A stretch of DNA of 64,000 nucleotides from Rebecca billardiae RCC1528 (Eukaryota > Protista > Haptophyta). Positions 12,178 to 23,121 of this stretch are shown here, one piece after another. A model generated the notes under the pieces. That model was given only the letters and a program-made list of their open reading frames with translations. It was not told where the DNA came from and made no database searches. Made by a program: the position numbers and the translations under genes. The DNA is taken from positions 1,984,001 through 2,048,000 of the forward strand of contig OZ251225.1 of NCBI GenBank assembly GCA_965240325.2. The letters are read 5' to 3'. How positions within the stretch are numbered: the stretch's first letter is position 1; every line of letters starts with the position of its first letter.

Positions 12178-15100
12178 GCGTGCGCATCAGCGGCGACCGG
12201 CCGCAGACGCTGCTGCTCGGTGGGGAGGAGGAGGAGGAGGGGGAGCGCGGCTTCCTGCTCGACGAGCCCGAGTACGACCCCTTCGCCCAGCCCGAGCACG
12301 GCAGCGCGCACGCCTCGCGCCGATCGAGCGGCGCCGCCCCTTCGGCCGCCGCCGCCGCCGAGCTCGCCTCTCTCCGCTCGCGTGTGCACGCGCTTGAGGG
12401 TGCGTGCGCACTCGGCGCGCGCGCGGCGGCGGGCGTGCGCGAGTGGGCGGCGCGGCTGGGCGAGGTGCACGCGCGCACCTCCGCGCGCACCGACGCCCTC
12501 CTCGGCGCGTGCAGCGACTCGCTCGGCGCCGCGCGCTCAGTGCAGCTCATCCTCGGCGACGGCGGCATCGTCTCATCGTTGCAATTCGAATTATTCGTGG
12601 AGCAGCTGCGGGACACGTGTGCGAGCGAGCGGCTGACGCGGCGCGCGGCGCACGCGATCGAGGCGCTGCTCGAGGCGTCGGCGAGGGAGTGGGGCGAGCA
12701 GTCGGCCGAGCTGCTCGACGCGCTCGAGCCCGCCGCCGACCACGCCGCCGCCACCCTCCCCTGGGCGTCCAACGAGGGCGAGCGCGCGTCGGCGCACGCA
12801 GGCGCCGCCACAGCCGAGCTGGGCGCGATCGCAGCCGAGCTCGCCAGGGCGATGGCGGCGGCTGGGATGGGCGGGGAGCACGCGGCTGCGGAGGCGGCCG
12901 AGTGGGCGGAGCCGCTCCCACCCGCCGAGGCGCACGCCCCGGAGGCCGCGGCCGTCACGTCTGCCGCCGCGGCCGGCGGCGGCGGCGGCGCGTCGGCGGC
13001 CGCGCGCGCGGGCGCGGGCGCGGGCGGCGCGGCAGCCATGCTAGAAGGCGCCACGGCGGCGGCGGCCATCGCTGAGCTCAAGCTGGCGCTGGTCGACGCG
13101 CGCGCGGACCGCGACGGCGTGCTCTCGGAGCTCGCCATCGCGCACGAGCAGCTCGCCCTGCGCGAGGAGGAGGCGACGCACCTGCGCGCCACCAGCGCAA
13201 GCCTGCTTCGCACGCACGAGGCGACACAGACGCGGATCGGAGCGGCCGCGGACGCGCTCGGCGCGCTTGGGCTGTGGCGCCGCGGCGCGCGCGAGCTGGC
13301 GGAGGAGATGGCGGCGTACGCGGGGCCCGGGCTCGAGCGCGACGCCGCGGCGAACGCGCGCGGCTGGGCGAGCCGCGCGGCCGAGCTCGTCCGCGCGGCG
13401 AGCATCGCCGATCAGGCGGAGGCGGTGGCGGCGCGCGCGTTTGCCGCAGCATCGGACGGCGCGGGCGACGACGACGACAGCGGCGGCGAGAGCGACGGGA
13501 GCGGCGGCGAGCTGGGCGGCATGCTGGACGCGGCGGCGGACGACGCGAGCGCCGCGCTCCTCCTGCGCGTCGCGCGCTCGCTCCGCGCCTCGGGGCTCCG
13601 CGCCGCCGCGCACGACGCCGCCGCCGCCGAGCTGCACTCAAGACTTGCCCAGCCGAGAACGCAGCAGCCATTGCTGGCCCACGTGTTGGCGCGGCAGCAG
13701 CAGCTTGAGGGCGAGCTGCTCGACGCGCGCGCGGCGCTGCGCGCGGCGCGGTGGGCGGGCGCGGCGGAGGGCGAGGGCTCCGCCATCGCCGGCGTGGCCG
13801 AGCACAGCTCCGCGCTCGACGGCTCCACGCTCAGCGCCGCGCCGCCCGCGCCGCAGCCGCCGCAGCCGCCGCCGCCGCCGCCGCAGTCGTCATCTGAAGT
13901 TCTTCTCCGTGCCGCTGCCGTTCTGGTGGAGCTGGAGGAGCGCGTGGTGGCGGCGGGGCACGGCGGGCGCGGCGGCGCGGCGGGCGGGCAGAACGGCTCC
14001 GGCCGCGGGGGCCGAGCCTCGCCCGCGCGGCGCGGCCGGGGCCGGGCGCAGCCGTCGCCGGGCCGGCGCGCCGCGCCCGCATCCGCCAGCGGCGCCTCGG
14101 CGGCGCCGCCCGAGCCGCCGCCGAGATCGCTCGAGCTGCTGCGCGCGGCGCGCGGCGCAATGGAGGCGGCGCTGACGGACGCGGAGCTGATCCAGGCGGT
14201 GGACGCGGCGGCGGCGGGCGTCGCGCCGGACGGCTCCCAGCTCGACAGCGAGGGCGCCGGCGCGCTCGCGCACACGCTGCTGCGGCGCGCATGGAAGCTC
14301 GCTGCGCGCGCGAGCGCCGCGGTGGGCGGCGCGCCGGATGCGCTCGCGAGCGCGGAAGGAGGCGCGCCTGCGAGCGCCTGGGACCCGGAGGTCGCGGCGG
14401 TGGCGGACGGGAACGCGGCGGTGGCGACGCTCGCGCGCCACGCCTCGCGCACGCGCTCGTCGCCGCAGCACCGCAACGCCCGCGCCCGCGCCGCCGGCGC
14501 TGCCGACGCCGGCTCAGAGGCGGCGGGCTCGCCGGGCGCCAACCGCGCGCGCTCGCGCTCGCGCCGCGGCGCTAAGGGGGCTCGGGCGGCGGCGGAGGAG
14601 GAGGAGGATGACGCGATGTCTGCGCGCGAGGTGCGCCGGCTGCGCGAGGAGCTGGCCAAGGCGAAGGCTGCAAAGGAGCAGCTGGCCGCCTCGCACGCCT
14701 CGCTGCGCTCCATGTACAAGGTGCGATGCGCGGGCTGAGGCAAGGGTAGTAGCTGAGGCGTGCGCGCTGCGCTTGTTGCCTATGTGTGCGCGCGCGCGTG
14801 TGTGCGCGTGTTGCCTATGTGTGTGCGCGCGCGCGTGTGTGCGCGTGTTGCCTATGTGTGTGCGCGTGCGTGTGTGTGCGCCCGTTGCCCATGTGTGTGC
14901 GCGCGCGCGTGTGTGCGCGTGTTGCCAATGGCCCGTTGCCTATGTGATGTGTGTGCGCGCGCGCGTGTATGTCGCCACGTGTGCGTGTGTGCGCTCGCGC
15001 GCGCGCGCGCCCATCGGGCGCACGGCTGGCGCGCCCCGCGGCGGTCGCACGCGCGCCCTGGCGCGCACGCCGCCGCTCAGCACACTGCACACCCCTCGGC

Positions 15101-16080
15101 GCGCGCGCGCTCGATCGCAGGAGGAGGCGTGGAAGCTGCGCCGCATCCAGACAGACCACGCAGAGGCGGACGCGCTCACGCTGCACATCTCCGGCCTCGA
15201 GCACAGGCTGCAGGAGCAGCGCGAGAAGCAAGCGCAGCGCTGCCGGCTGCTGATGCGCTCGCACCTGCAGCGCGCGACGCACATGCGGCGCGAGGCGGAG
15301 CGGCTGCGTACGCAGCGCCTCGCGCTCGTCCAGCACTCGCGGCTCTCCGAGGCGGGGAGCGGCGCCGAGGGCGGCGCCGAGGGCGGCGACGGGCGCGGCG
15401 CGCGCGACGCGCCGCGCGGCACAGCGCCCGTGGCCGAGCCGTCGGCTGGCGCCGACGCCGCGTCAGAACCGGCGGCCGCGCGGCCGCAGCTGGGTGTCAC
15501 CGTGCACCGCGCAGCAGCAGACGCGGAGGGCGATGGCGGCGCGGACTCCGCGCCCGGCTCGCCCCGCCTGCCGTTTGCGCCGCGCTCGCCCGCGCTCTCG
15601 CTCTCCCCGTGGCCCTCTCCGCAGCTGGGGCCGCGCGCGGACAAGCTGGACAGCGGTGCGGACGGCGCCGAGCGCGACGGGTCGGTGGGGGCGCCGAGGC
15701 AGCGCAGAGACTTTGCGTCGGCTTCGCTGCTGCTCAGACATGTAAGCAAAGCGCCCCTGCGCGCACGCCGCGCGCGCCCGACGGCCCCGCGAGTCTCCGC
15801 GGCGAACGCGCGCGCGCCGCCCACTCGCCACGACGCACGCGTGCTGTGTTAGTGCACGCGCGTGTGCTCGTTGCTCACCCTCGCGTGCTGCATCCGCCGG
15901 CCTGCCTGTCGGCCCCTGCCCACTGCGGCTGCCCGACGCGATGCGCTGCGTCGTGTCGCGCAGACCTTCAAGCGGCACACCTTCGCCGCGAACGCCTTCA
16001 GGCGGCCCCTGGGCCTAGTGGATGATGATGAGGAGGAGGACGATGATGACGGCTCATCAGCGGCGGCGGCCGAACGCTAA
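10749..16080 (+). CDS. Kelch-repeat protein with long Ala-rich/coiled-coil C-terminus, 4 exons
   Basis: Kelch motifs (PRQGHTS..VYVFGG, PRAFHAS..MYIFGG, PRHSHAA..VISGG, RYGHAA..VVFGG); introns 11077-11250, 14721-15120, 15742-15963 are GT..AG and restore the frame to TAA at 16080. Confidence 0.8.
14774..14990. repeat. Intronic GT/GC-rich minisatellite (~30-bp unit GTTGCCTATGTGTGCGCGCGCGCGTGTGTGCGC)
   Basis: About 5-6 degenerate copies inside Kelch intron 2. Confidence 0.7.
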
Positions 16081-16513
16081 CGACCAGCACCTTCGCGATG
16101 ACGACGGCGACGAGTTCGTCGGGAGCAGTCGTGTCGGAGTACGCCGACTACATCTATACGCCTACTAGCTACGGCGCATCACTCGTCATCAGTCACTTAC
16201 CCGACAACACTCGACTCTCGAACTGCGCTACAACGTACTACTTGATCCGCGTAGTGGCGGCGGTAGCTATACCGGGTGCCGAGAATGCGGGCGGCCCCGA
16301 CGAGTATTTCACCATTGCGCAAGGTCATATATTGATGCTGATGCATGCTGCGCTGAGTTTAGGCTGCCAGCGGCGAATCGGCGGCTGCGGGTAGGTACAC
16401 TGCTAGCCAGTGCTGTCTGTATCATGTAGGACTCGTCACTGCTCTGTGCGCGGGCAGTCTGCGCCGCGGCCGCTCGGGCGGCTGCCAGGCCGCCGGCCTC
16501 GGGCCCCGGCTCA

Positions 16514-17662
16514 CTAGTCACTATACGCCTCGAGCAGTGAGACGAGCTGCTCGTACTTCTTGACCAGGAGACGCAGGTCGACGTGCAGGTTGCTGGAGGC
16601 TGTGCGCACCTTATTCGTCACCTCGAGCGTTCCAGCCGCCTTGCGCACGCGCACCACCTCGATGCGCTCGCCAATCACACGCGAGAGCTCGCCTTGCAGG
16701 CGCTCCTGCTCGCGGAACATCAACATGACCTGCTCCTCCGCCCAGTAGTCGTGATCGAAATCGTGGCGAGCACTGCTGTGGCCGTCGAGGTTGCCTGGCA
16801 TGCCACATCCCGCACCCGGGAATTGCGTGAGCTGCTGCCGCGGAAAGCCGCTGCCGCCGCCGGTGCTGCCACCGTGCTGCGCTGCCTGCTGGTGGATGCC
16901 CACTTCGTGGCTGCTGCTGTGCGACACCCAGCAGCTCTGCTGCTGTCCATAGTAATGGTAGGGCGGCGGCGGCGGCGGCGGCGCATTGCTGTTGTTGGTG
17001 AGCTGCGGAGGTGGCAATGGCTGCTGCTGCGGCTGCGACGGCAGCAGCTGGTGCTGAGGAGTAGCACACGCCCAGGACTGGTAGGTGTACGCTGCACCAT
17101 CATCACGCGCTGGAGCGCACCGGGGCAGGCTGTAGCCCTGCCACGACGGAGCTGGCTGGCTCATGTGCTGTGGATGCAGCGGCGGCTGCGGCTGTGGCTG
17201 CGGGCCCATGTGCACTAGGGCCCCGGCGGTGGCCGGTCCACAGCAGCGTGTGTGCTCAGACCACCACGCCTCACCGGGCTGCGCGCACGTCCTTGTCGAA
17301 GCGGCCGCGCGCCCGTGCGTGTCGGTAACGTTCGAGCAGCAGGGGCCGACAGGAAGTGGGCCAACGTCAACGTGAGTCGGATTGGCCGAGGTTGCAAAAG
17401 CGGGGGAGGGGTATACGGGGCCGGCCGCCGCAAAGAGCGATTGGTTCTTCTTGAGGTGGGAAGTGCAGTTCTGCAGATGGCTTTTCACATGGGTCCGCGT
17501 CAAGCCTGGCACGCGCATCCGCTCGAGGATCCGCGCCGGCTGGGCAGTCCCATAGCCGCCAAGCTCGTTCACGGCCGCTTCAAACCTGGCGTGGAGCTCG
17601 CGCGTCCACTTGATCCTTGGCGGCTTCGAGCCTGTCGGCTCTCCCGACGCCCGCTCGCCCAT
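16514..17662 (-). CDS. GARP/G2-like (SHAQKYF-class) MYB transcription factor, copy 1
   Basis: KPPRIKWTRELHARFEAAVNELGG..AQPARILERMRVPGLTRTHVKSHLQ, then a Q/P-rich region and a C-terminal coiled coil; ATG at 17662. Confidence 0.8.
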   Translation of the reverse strand: MGERASGEPTGSKPPRIKWTRELHARFEAAVNELGGYGTAQPARILERMRVPGLTRTHVKSHLQNCTSHLKKNQSLFAAAGPVYPSPAFATSANPTHVDVGPLPVGPCCSNVTDTHGRAAASTRTCAQPGEAWWSEHTRCCGPATAGALVHMGPQPQPQPPLHPQHMSQPAPSWQGYSLPRCAPARDDGAAYTYQSWACATPQHQLLPSQPQQQPLPPPQLTNNSNAPPPPPPPYHYYGQQQSCWVSHSSSHEVGIHQQAAQHGGSTGGGSGFPRQQLTQFPGAGCGMPGNLDGHSSARHDFDHDYWAEEQVMLMFREQERLQGELSRVIGERIEVVRVRKAAGTLEVTNKVRTASSNLHVDLRLLVKKYEQLVSLLEAYSD

Positions 17663-18383
17663 CCGCTGGCTGGGCAGCGGCAATGTTGGGCTGGTCAAGG
17701 TCTCCACCCCGAAGCGGGCGGGTGATCAAGAAGATCATCCGCGGTTCGGCGTTCGGATTTCGATTCCTTTGGTGAGATCTGGGTGAATCATGTGCCTGGT
17801 AACTCTTATATTATTCACTATAACCACTATACTCAAATTCCGCCTTCATTCGCATCGCGATCATTCCTACATCACCCGCACAGATTCGTCAAAAATATCC
17901 ATGATGACTAGTATAAATAGGGGTATACAGTATGCAGTATATATATATACTATCATCAGCATATGATTCGATATGTTCGTGAATGTTCGCGCGATTGTTA
18001 TCGAAAGCATCATATTATTATTGATGAAGTCTGAAGAGGCGGACGGGTTTTTTTTCAGGAGATAACAATGGGTATGAATACAGGGGCATTACCCATCAGC
18101 ACTCATCAGTGGGTAACCCACCAAATTTGAGGTGAGTGGAGTAGTGGACCACTAGAAGGCACCCATCATCATTCATCAACGAGTAGAATGCGGTTAGCCG
18201 AGCACTGGATTCGCCCAGATCTCCCCACGACATGAATAAGAATCTCAATGTCGATGTGGTACCAATGCGGGTAGATCGAAATCATCCATCTGAACCGGCC
18301 GTGGTTGATCTTCGGTCGCCGCACCCGCCTCCTCAAAGGAGGCCTCGACCATCCCAACATTTACATTGCCGCTGCCCAGGCGG

Positions 18384-19394
18384 ATTGGCAAGCGGGCGTC
18401 GGGAGAGCCGACAGGCTCGAAGCCGCCAAGGATCAAGTGGACGCGCGAGCTCCACGCCAAGTTTGAAGCGGCCGTGAACGAGCTTGGCGGCTATGGGACT
18501 GCCCAGCCGGCGCGGATCCTCGAGCGGATGCGCATGCCAGGCTTGACGCGGAACCATGTGAAAAGCCATCTGCAGAACTGCACTTCCCACCTCAAGAAGA
18601 ACCAATCGCTCTTTGCGGCGGCCGGCCCCACGTGGTCGAGCGTGCGCCCTGAGGCGCGGTGGCCTGAGCACCCGCACTGCTGCGGAGCCACCACCGCCCC
18701 GGTGGACGCGGGCACGCAGCCACTGCCGCCGCCACAGCCGCCGCTGCTGCAGCCACAGCACATCAGCCAGCAGCCATCGCCGTCGTGGCAGGGCTACACC
18801 CTGCCACAGTACGCGCCGACCCTGCCACAGCACGCGCCGACGCATGACGGTGCAGCGTGGCAGTTCTTGGCGTGTGCCACTCCTCAGCAGCAGCTGCCTC
18901 CGCGGTACACCAACGGCTACGCGCCGCCGCCGTCGCCACCGCCGCTTTGCCACTACGGACAGCAGCAGGGCTACTGGATGTCGCACAGCAGCCGCGAAGT
19001 GGGCATCCAGGCAGTGCAGCACGCTGGCATCACCGGCGGCGGCGCGCGTGAGCACATGGCCGGCAGCTTCCCGTGGCCGCAGCTCACGCGTTTCCCAGGT
19101 GCGGGATGTGGCTTGCCCGGCAGCCTCGACGACCACAATGCCCGCCACGACTATGTTGATGACTGCTCGGAGGAGCAGGTCATGTTCCACGATCAGGAGC
19201 GCCTGCAAGGTGAGATCTCGCGCGTGATTGCCGAGCGCATCGAGGTGGTGCACGTGCGCAAGGCGGCTGGAACGCTCGAGGTGACCAAGGACGTGCGCAC
19301 AAACTCCAGCAACCTGCTGTTCGACCTGCATCTCCTGGTCAAGAAGTATGACCAGCTCGTCTCACTGCTCGAGAACGAGGATCGGCCCGGCTGA
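18384..19394 (+). CDS. GARP/G2-like MYB transcription factor, copy 2 (equivalent start codon is ATT; possibly a pseudogene)
   Basis: Inverted paralog of 16514-17662 with an open frame; ATT at 18384 aligns to the ATG of copy 1; first in-frame ATG (18528) lies inside the MYB domain. Confidence 0.65.
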   Translation: MGKRASGEPTGSKPPRIKWTRELHAKFEAAVNELGGYGTAQPARILERMRMPGLTRNHVKSHLQNCTSHLKKNQSLFAAAGPTWSSVRPEARWPEHPHCCGATTAPVDAGTQPLPPPQPPLLQPQHISQQPSPSWQGYTLPQYAPTLPQHAPTHDGAAWQFLACATPQQQLPPRYTNGYAPPPSPPPLCHYGQQQGYWMSHSSREVGIQAVQHAGITGGGAREHMAGSFPWPQLTRFPGAGCGLPGSLDDHNARHDYVDDCSEEQVMFHDQERLQGEISRVIAERIEVVHVRKAAGTLEVTKDVRTNSSNLLFDLHLLVKKYDQLVSLLENEDRPG

Positions 19395-20059
19395 CGGCAA
19401 GCGGGCTGCGCAGACCAGCCTACTCGTGGCCGCCGACTCGCCGCTACAGCCGCAGAGGAATAGTGATACCCGGGAGAAACTGCTTGGGCCCGTGGTCGTA
19501 ACATTCTGGCGGCCAACTACTGCACCATTCACCACTTGGCCAAGTAGGCGACACTCTCGACGTCAACACGCGCGGCATCACTCACCTCTTTGTGCCTGAG
19601 CAGGCCGGACGACGTTATTGAACACCCCCCCCCAGCTGCGATCAACGTCGACAACGTGGTCGCTCACACCATCACCGTTCTGAGCTGTTCCACGTAACCG
19701 CAGTACAGTACCGCCATGACAGACTGAAGAATCAGGTGTTGGCTGCACCCTCGTGCCTGATGTAGTGTCTTCAAATCATAGCAGAAATACCGCCGCCATA
19801 CCCCGCCCATAGACTGACTACAAGGCGACGTAACAGACTCCGCGCGACGATGCCGCCTGACGAAATATATTATTGTTTTATTATTATAATAAATAATAAT
19901 ATAGTCATCAGCATATTCGTGCTCATCAGGCTTAGTTCACTGCTACCACGTTACCCGACTATCAGAACTTCCCACTACCGACAGTGAGTATACCGCCGAA
20001 GTCCTGGCAGCAGGCCACAGCCTTAATCCCGCCAGCCGCCCGGGCCGGCCTGGACCGAG

Positions 20060-20330
20060 TTCCAAAGGCCGTGCTGCGCGAGCAGCGCGAGTAGCGCGAC
20101 CACCGCGTCGGACCAGGGCTCGAGCAGGAAGTCCACGTCGAGATGCACCGCGTCGTACCCGTGCTTCTGCGCCAGCGTGCACGCCTCCTCGATGGGCAGC
20201 TGCTTGCCAAGCGCGCCGAGGTGCGGCTCGCAGGTCCCAGTCAGAGTCGGTGCCACGGTGGGAAGGTCTTGAGCAGCGAGGTGGGCGAGCCCTTGCCGGC
20301 CGTGAGTGGAGGGGCGCCGGTCGACATGAG
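20060..20330 (-). pseudogene. Decayed fragment resembling a sugar-phosphate isomerase/epimerase (xylose-isomerase-like TIM barrel) N-terminus; cassette A tail
   Basis: LGALGKQLPIEEACTLAQKHGYDAVHLDVDFLLEPWSDAVVALLAQHG; the same fragment, with different indels, follows each repeat ORF. Confidence 0.4.
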
Positions 20331-20495
20331 CGGAACAGGGGCGTGAAGTCGAGCGCGCTGAAGAACCACGGCCGGTGGCGTCGGCCGTGGCCGGTGCCGT
20401 CTCGGAATCGGCGGCCCGATGCCGGCGCTCGCTCGAACGAAAGCTCGTCGTGATGGCCGCCGGGAGTTCATCACGACGAGCCACGCTTCACGGCT

Positions 20496-21857
20496 TCATC
20501 GGCCTGCAGCGTCGCGAGCAGGGACCCTCCTGGCCATCACCACAGGTATGTCCTGTGGTTGCTGCCGTCGTGCTGCCCCCACCGCCATCGATGATGATGG
20601 TCGTCCTGGCACAGCGGTAGTGTTGATGCTTGCCGGTAGTCCCTGGTCGTAGTTGCCAGGGGCAGCCCGGATTGCATCACCTGCATTGCCACGCTGGCGC
20701 CGCTCGTCCAGGGCAAGGGCGCCATCATCGACCACCCCGTCGTCAACCGAGTGGATCGTGCCATCTGGCAAGCGCCAGCGGACGATGGTGACTGCGACGA
20801 GCGGCGGCGGTGCGGGCAGCTGCGGCGCGGCGACAGCCGCAATGCTGCCGGTGTGTTTGTGCCGTCGCTTCGCGGCGCGCGTGCCCTGGTCGCCGGTGCC
20901 ATGCTCCAGTCTGCGCTTGGGGACGGCGAGCTGAGTGTTGACCATGCCGGCCAGCTTGTGCTCAGCGCACCGGCTGGCGCGCGCGTCGCCCGGCATGCCG
21001 AAGTGAGGCTGCTTGGTGCAGCCGGCGTGACCGCACTTGGGGTTCTTCACGTCGACCATGCCGGCCAGCTTGTGCGTAGCGCACCGGCTGGCGCGCGCGT
21101 CGCCCGGCATGGCAAAGTAAGGCCCCTTGGTGCAGCCCGCGTGATCACACGTGGGGTGCTTCACGTCGACCATGCCGGCCAGCTTGTGCGTAGCGCACCG
21201 CCTGGCGCGCGCGTCGCCCGGCACGCCGAATGAAGGCCACTTCGTGCAGCCCGCGTGACCACACTTGGGGCTCCTCACGTCGACCATGCCGGCCAGCTTG
21301 TGCGTAGCGCACCGGCTGGCGCGCGCGTCGCCCGGCATGCCGAAGTGAGGCTGCTTGGTGCAGCCGGCGTGACCGCACTTGGGGTTCTTCACGTCGACCA
21401 TGCCGGCCAGCTTGTGCGTAGCACACCGGCTGGCGCGCGCGTCGCCCGGCATGCCAAAGTGAGGCTGCTTGGTGCAGCCCGCGTGAGCACACGTGGGGTT
21501 CTTCACGTCGACCATGCCGGCCAGCTTGTGCGCAGCGCACCGGCTGGCGCGCGCGTCACCCGGCATGCCGAACGAAGGCCGCGTGGTGCAGCCCGCGTGA
21601 TCACACTTGGGGTGCTTCACGTCGACCATGCCGGCCAGCTTGTGCGCAGCGCACCGGCTGGCGTGCGTGTCACCCGGCATGCCGAATGTAGGCCGCGTGG
21701 TGCAGCCGGCGTGACCACACGTGCGGGTCCTCACGTCGACCATGCCGGCCAGCTTGTGCGCAGCGCACCGGCTGGCGCGCGCGTCGCCCGGCATGCCGAA
21801 GTGAGGCCACGTGGTGCAGCCGGCGTGATCACACGTGGGGTTCTTCACGTCGACCAT
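20496..21857 (-). CDS. EsV-1-7-type Cys/His repeat protein, copy A (8 repeats)
   Basis: 38-aa repeat CxHxGCTxxPxFGMPGDARASRCAxHKLAGMVDV x8, then KRR-x13-KRRHK and a conserved ~130-aa tail; start codon uncertain (first MVDV used). Confidence 0.75.
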   Translation of the reverse strand: MVDVKNPTCDHAGCTTWPHFGMPGDARASRCAAHKLAGMVDVRTRTCGHAGCTTRPTFGMPGDTHASRCAAHKLAGMVDVKHPKCDHAGCTTRPSFGMPGDARASRCAAHKLAGMVDVKNPTCAHAGCTKQPHFGMPGDARASRCATHKLAGMVDVKNPKCGHAGCTKQPHFGMPGDARASRCATHKLAGMVDVRSPKCGHAGCTKWPSFGVPGDARARRCATHKLAGMVDVKHPTCDHAGCTKGPYFAMPGDARASRCATHKLAGMVDVKNPKCGHAGCTKQPHFGMPGDARASRCAEHKLAGMVNTQLAVPKRRLEHGTGDQGTRAAKRRHKHTGSIAAVAAPQLPAPPPLVAVTIVRWRLPDGTIHSVDDGVVDDGALALDERRQRGNAGDAIRAAPGNYDQGLPASINTTAVPGRPSSSMAVGAARRQQPQDIPVVMARRVPARDAAGR

Positions 21858-22031
21858 GCCGGCCAGCTTGTGCGCAGCGCACCGGCTGGCGTTGTGCGTC
21901 GCCGAGTCAAGGGTGTCCAGGGTCCGCAACTCGCACTGCGCAGCGCGGCAAGCTCGGCAGCTTGATGTGCCAGCTTCGCCGGCGGCCGGCCAGGATGGCT
22001 GCCGTCCCGCGACAATGACGGTGATGGAGCG

Positions 22032-22917
22032 ATGATGGGGCGCGACGACGAGGCTGCAGCCGTGGAGTACGCGTGCGGCGACGGCGAGCTCTTTCCGCGC
22101 GAGTGTGCGGAGGACTTTGCCGAGTTTGCGCCCAAGCTCGAGGGCGTGCGCGCCGCTCATGAGCGTGCCAGCGCAGCCGCAGCGACGGCCGCGCCGGGGC
22201 CAGGGCCGGCGGCGCGTCCGGGCACCGGCGCCGGCCGCGCCGGCGCGCGCGGGCACCGGCCCCGCGCCCGCCAGCGCGAGCACCGCCGAGCGAGTCGCCG
22301 CGTTCGGCCTTCCCGCGACGTACGCGCCGCGCTACCGCGTCAACTTTGCGCTCGCGCCCGAGCCGAGCGGCCGGCGGCCGCGCGGTCTGAGCGAGGCGAC
22401 GGCCGCGGCCGCGCGCGAGACGGCGCTGCTGTACGAGGACTTTGCGCAGCGCGCGGGCCTGGAGTCGCTACGCGCGCTGCGCGCCTCGCGCCTCGCTCTG
22501 CCCGTCTCCGCCGCCGAGCCCGCCATACTCTCCGCGGTGCGCGACCACCAAATAGTTATTGTGCAGGCGGAGACGGGCTCTGGAAAATCGACGCAGGTGC
22601 CGCAGATGCTGCTGCGGGCGGGGTACCGCCACGTGGTGCTGACGCAGCCGCGCCGGCTCGCGGCAATCTCGCTCGCGCGGCGCGTCGGCGCCGAGGCCCT
22701 CCGCGAGCCGCGCGGCTCCGTCGGCCACGTCGTCCGCTTCGACTCGACCGCCGGGCCGCGCGCCGCCCTGTGCTTCGTCACGGAGGGGATCCTCCTGCGC
22801 GAGGCGGTGGCGGACCCGGCGCTGCGGCGGCACGAGGTGGTGGTGCTCGACGAGGTGCACGAGCGGCACGTCGCGACCGACCTGCTCCTCGCAGTCTGCC
22901 GCCAGATGCTCGCCCAC
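22032..22917 (+). pseudogene. DHX34: DHX34 5' fragment, copy A (frameshift near 22222, truncated after DEVH...CRQMLAH)
   Basis: Near-identical to the reverse complement of 46341-47228; 2-nt deletion; diverges into unrelated sequence at 22918. Confidence 0.85.
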
Positions 22918-23121
22918 GCCGGCAGGTGCAGCCGTGCTGCGACTGCAGTAGCCTACCGCAGCACGATGTGGGTGGCCCCTGACCGATGATCGTCAACACG
23001 GCGATGGTCAATGGGCATCACGGCTCTGCTGCAGCCATCATCACGTACTGCTGCATCTAAGCAGACTATGCTGATATGTGCGCGCATATGATGCACTCAG
23101 CACTACGAGCAACTACTGCTA

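Noticed and set aside
3380-14743. Many long overlapping Ala/Arg/Pro-rich ORFs
   Set aside because: Expected from stop-codon scarcity at very high GC; they are antisense or shifted frames of real genes
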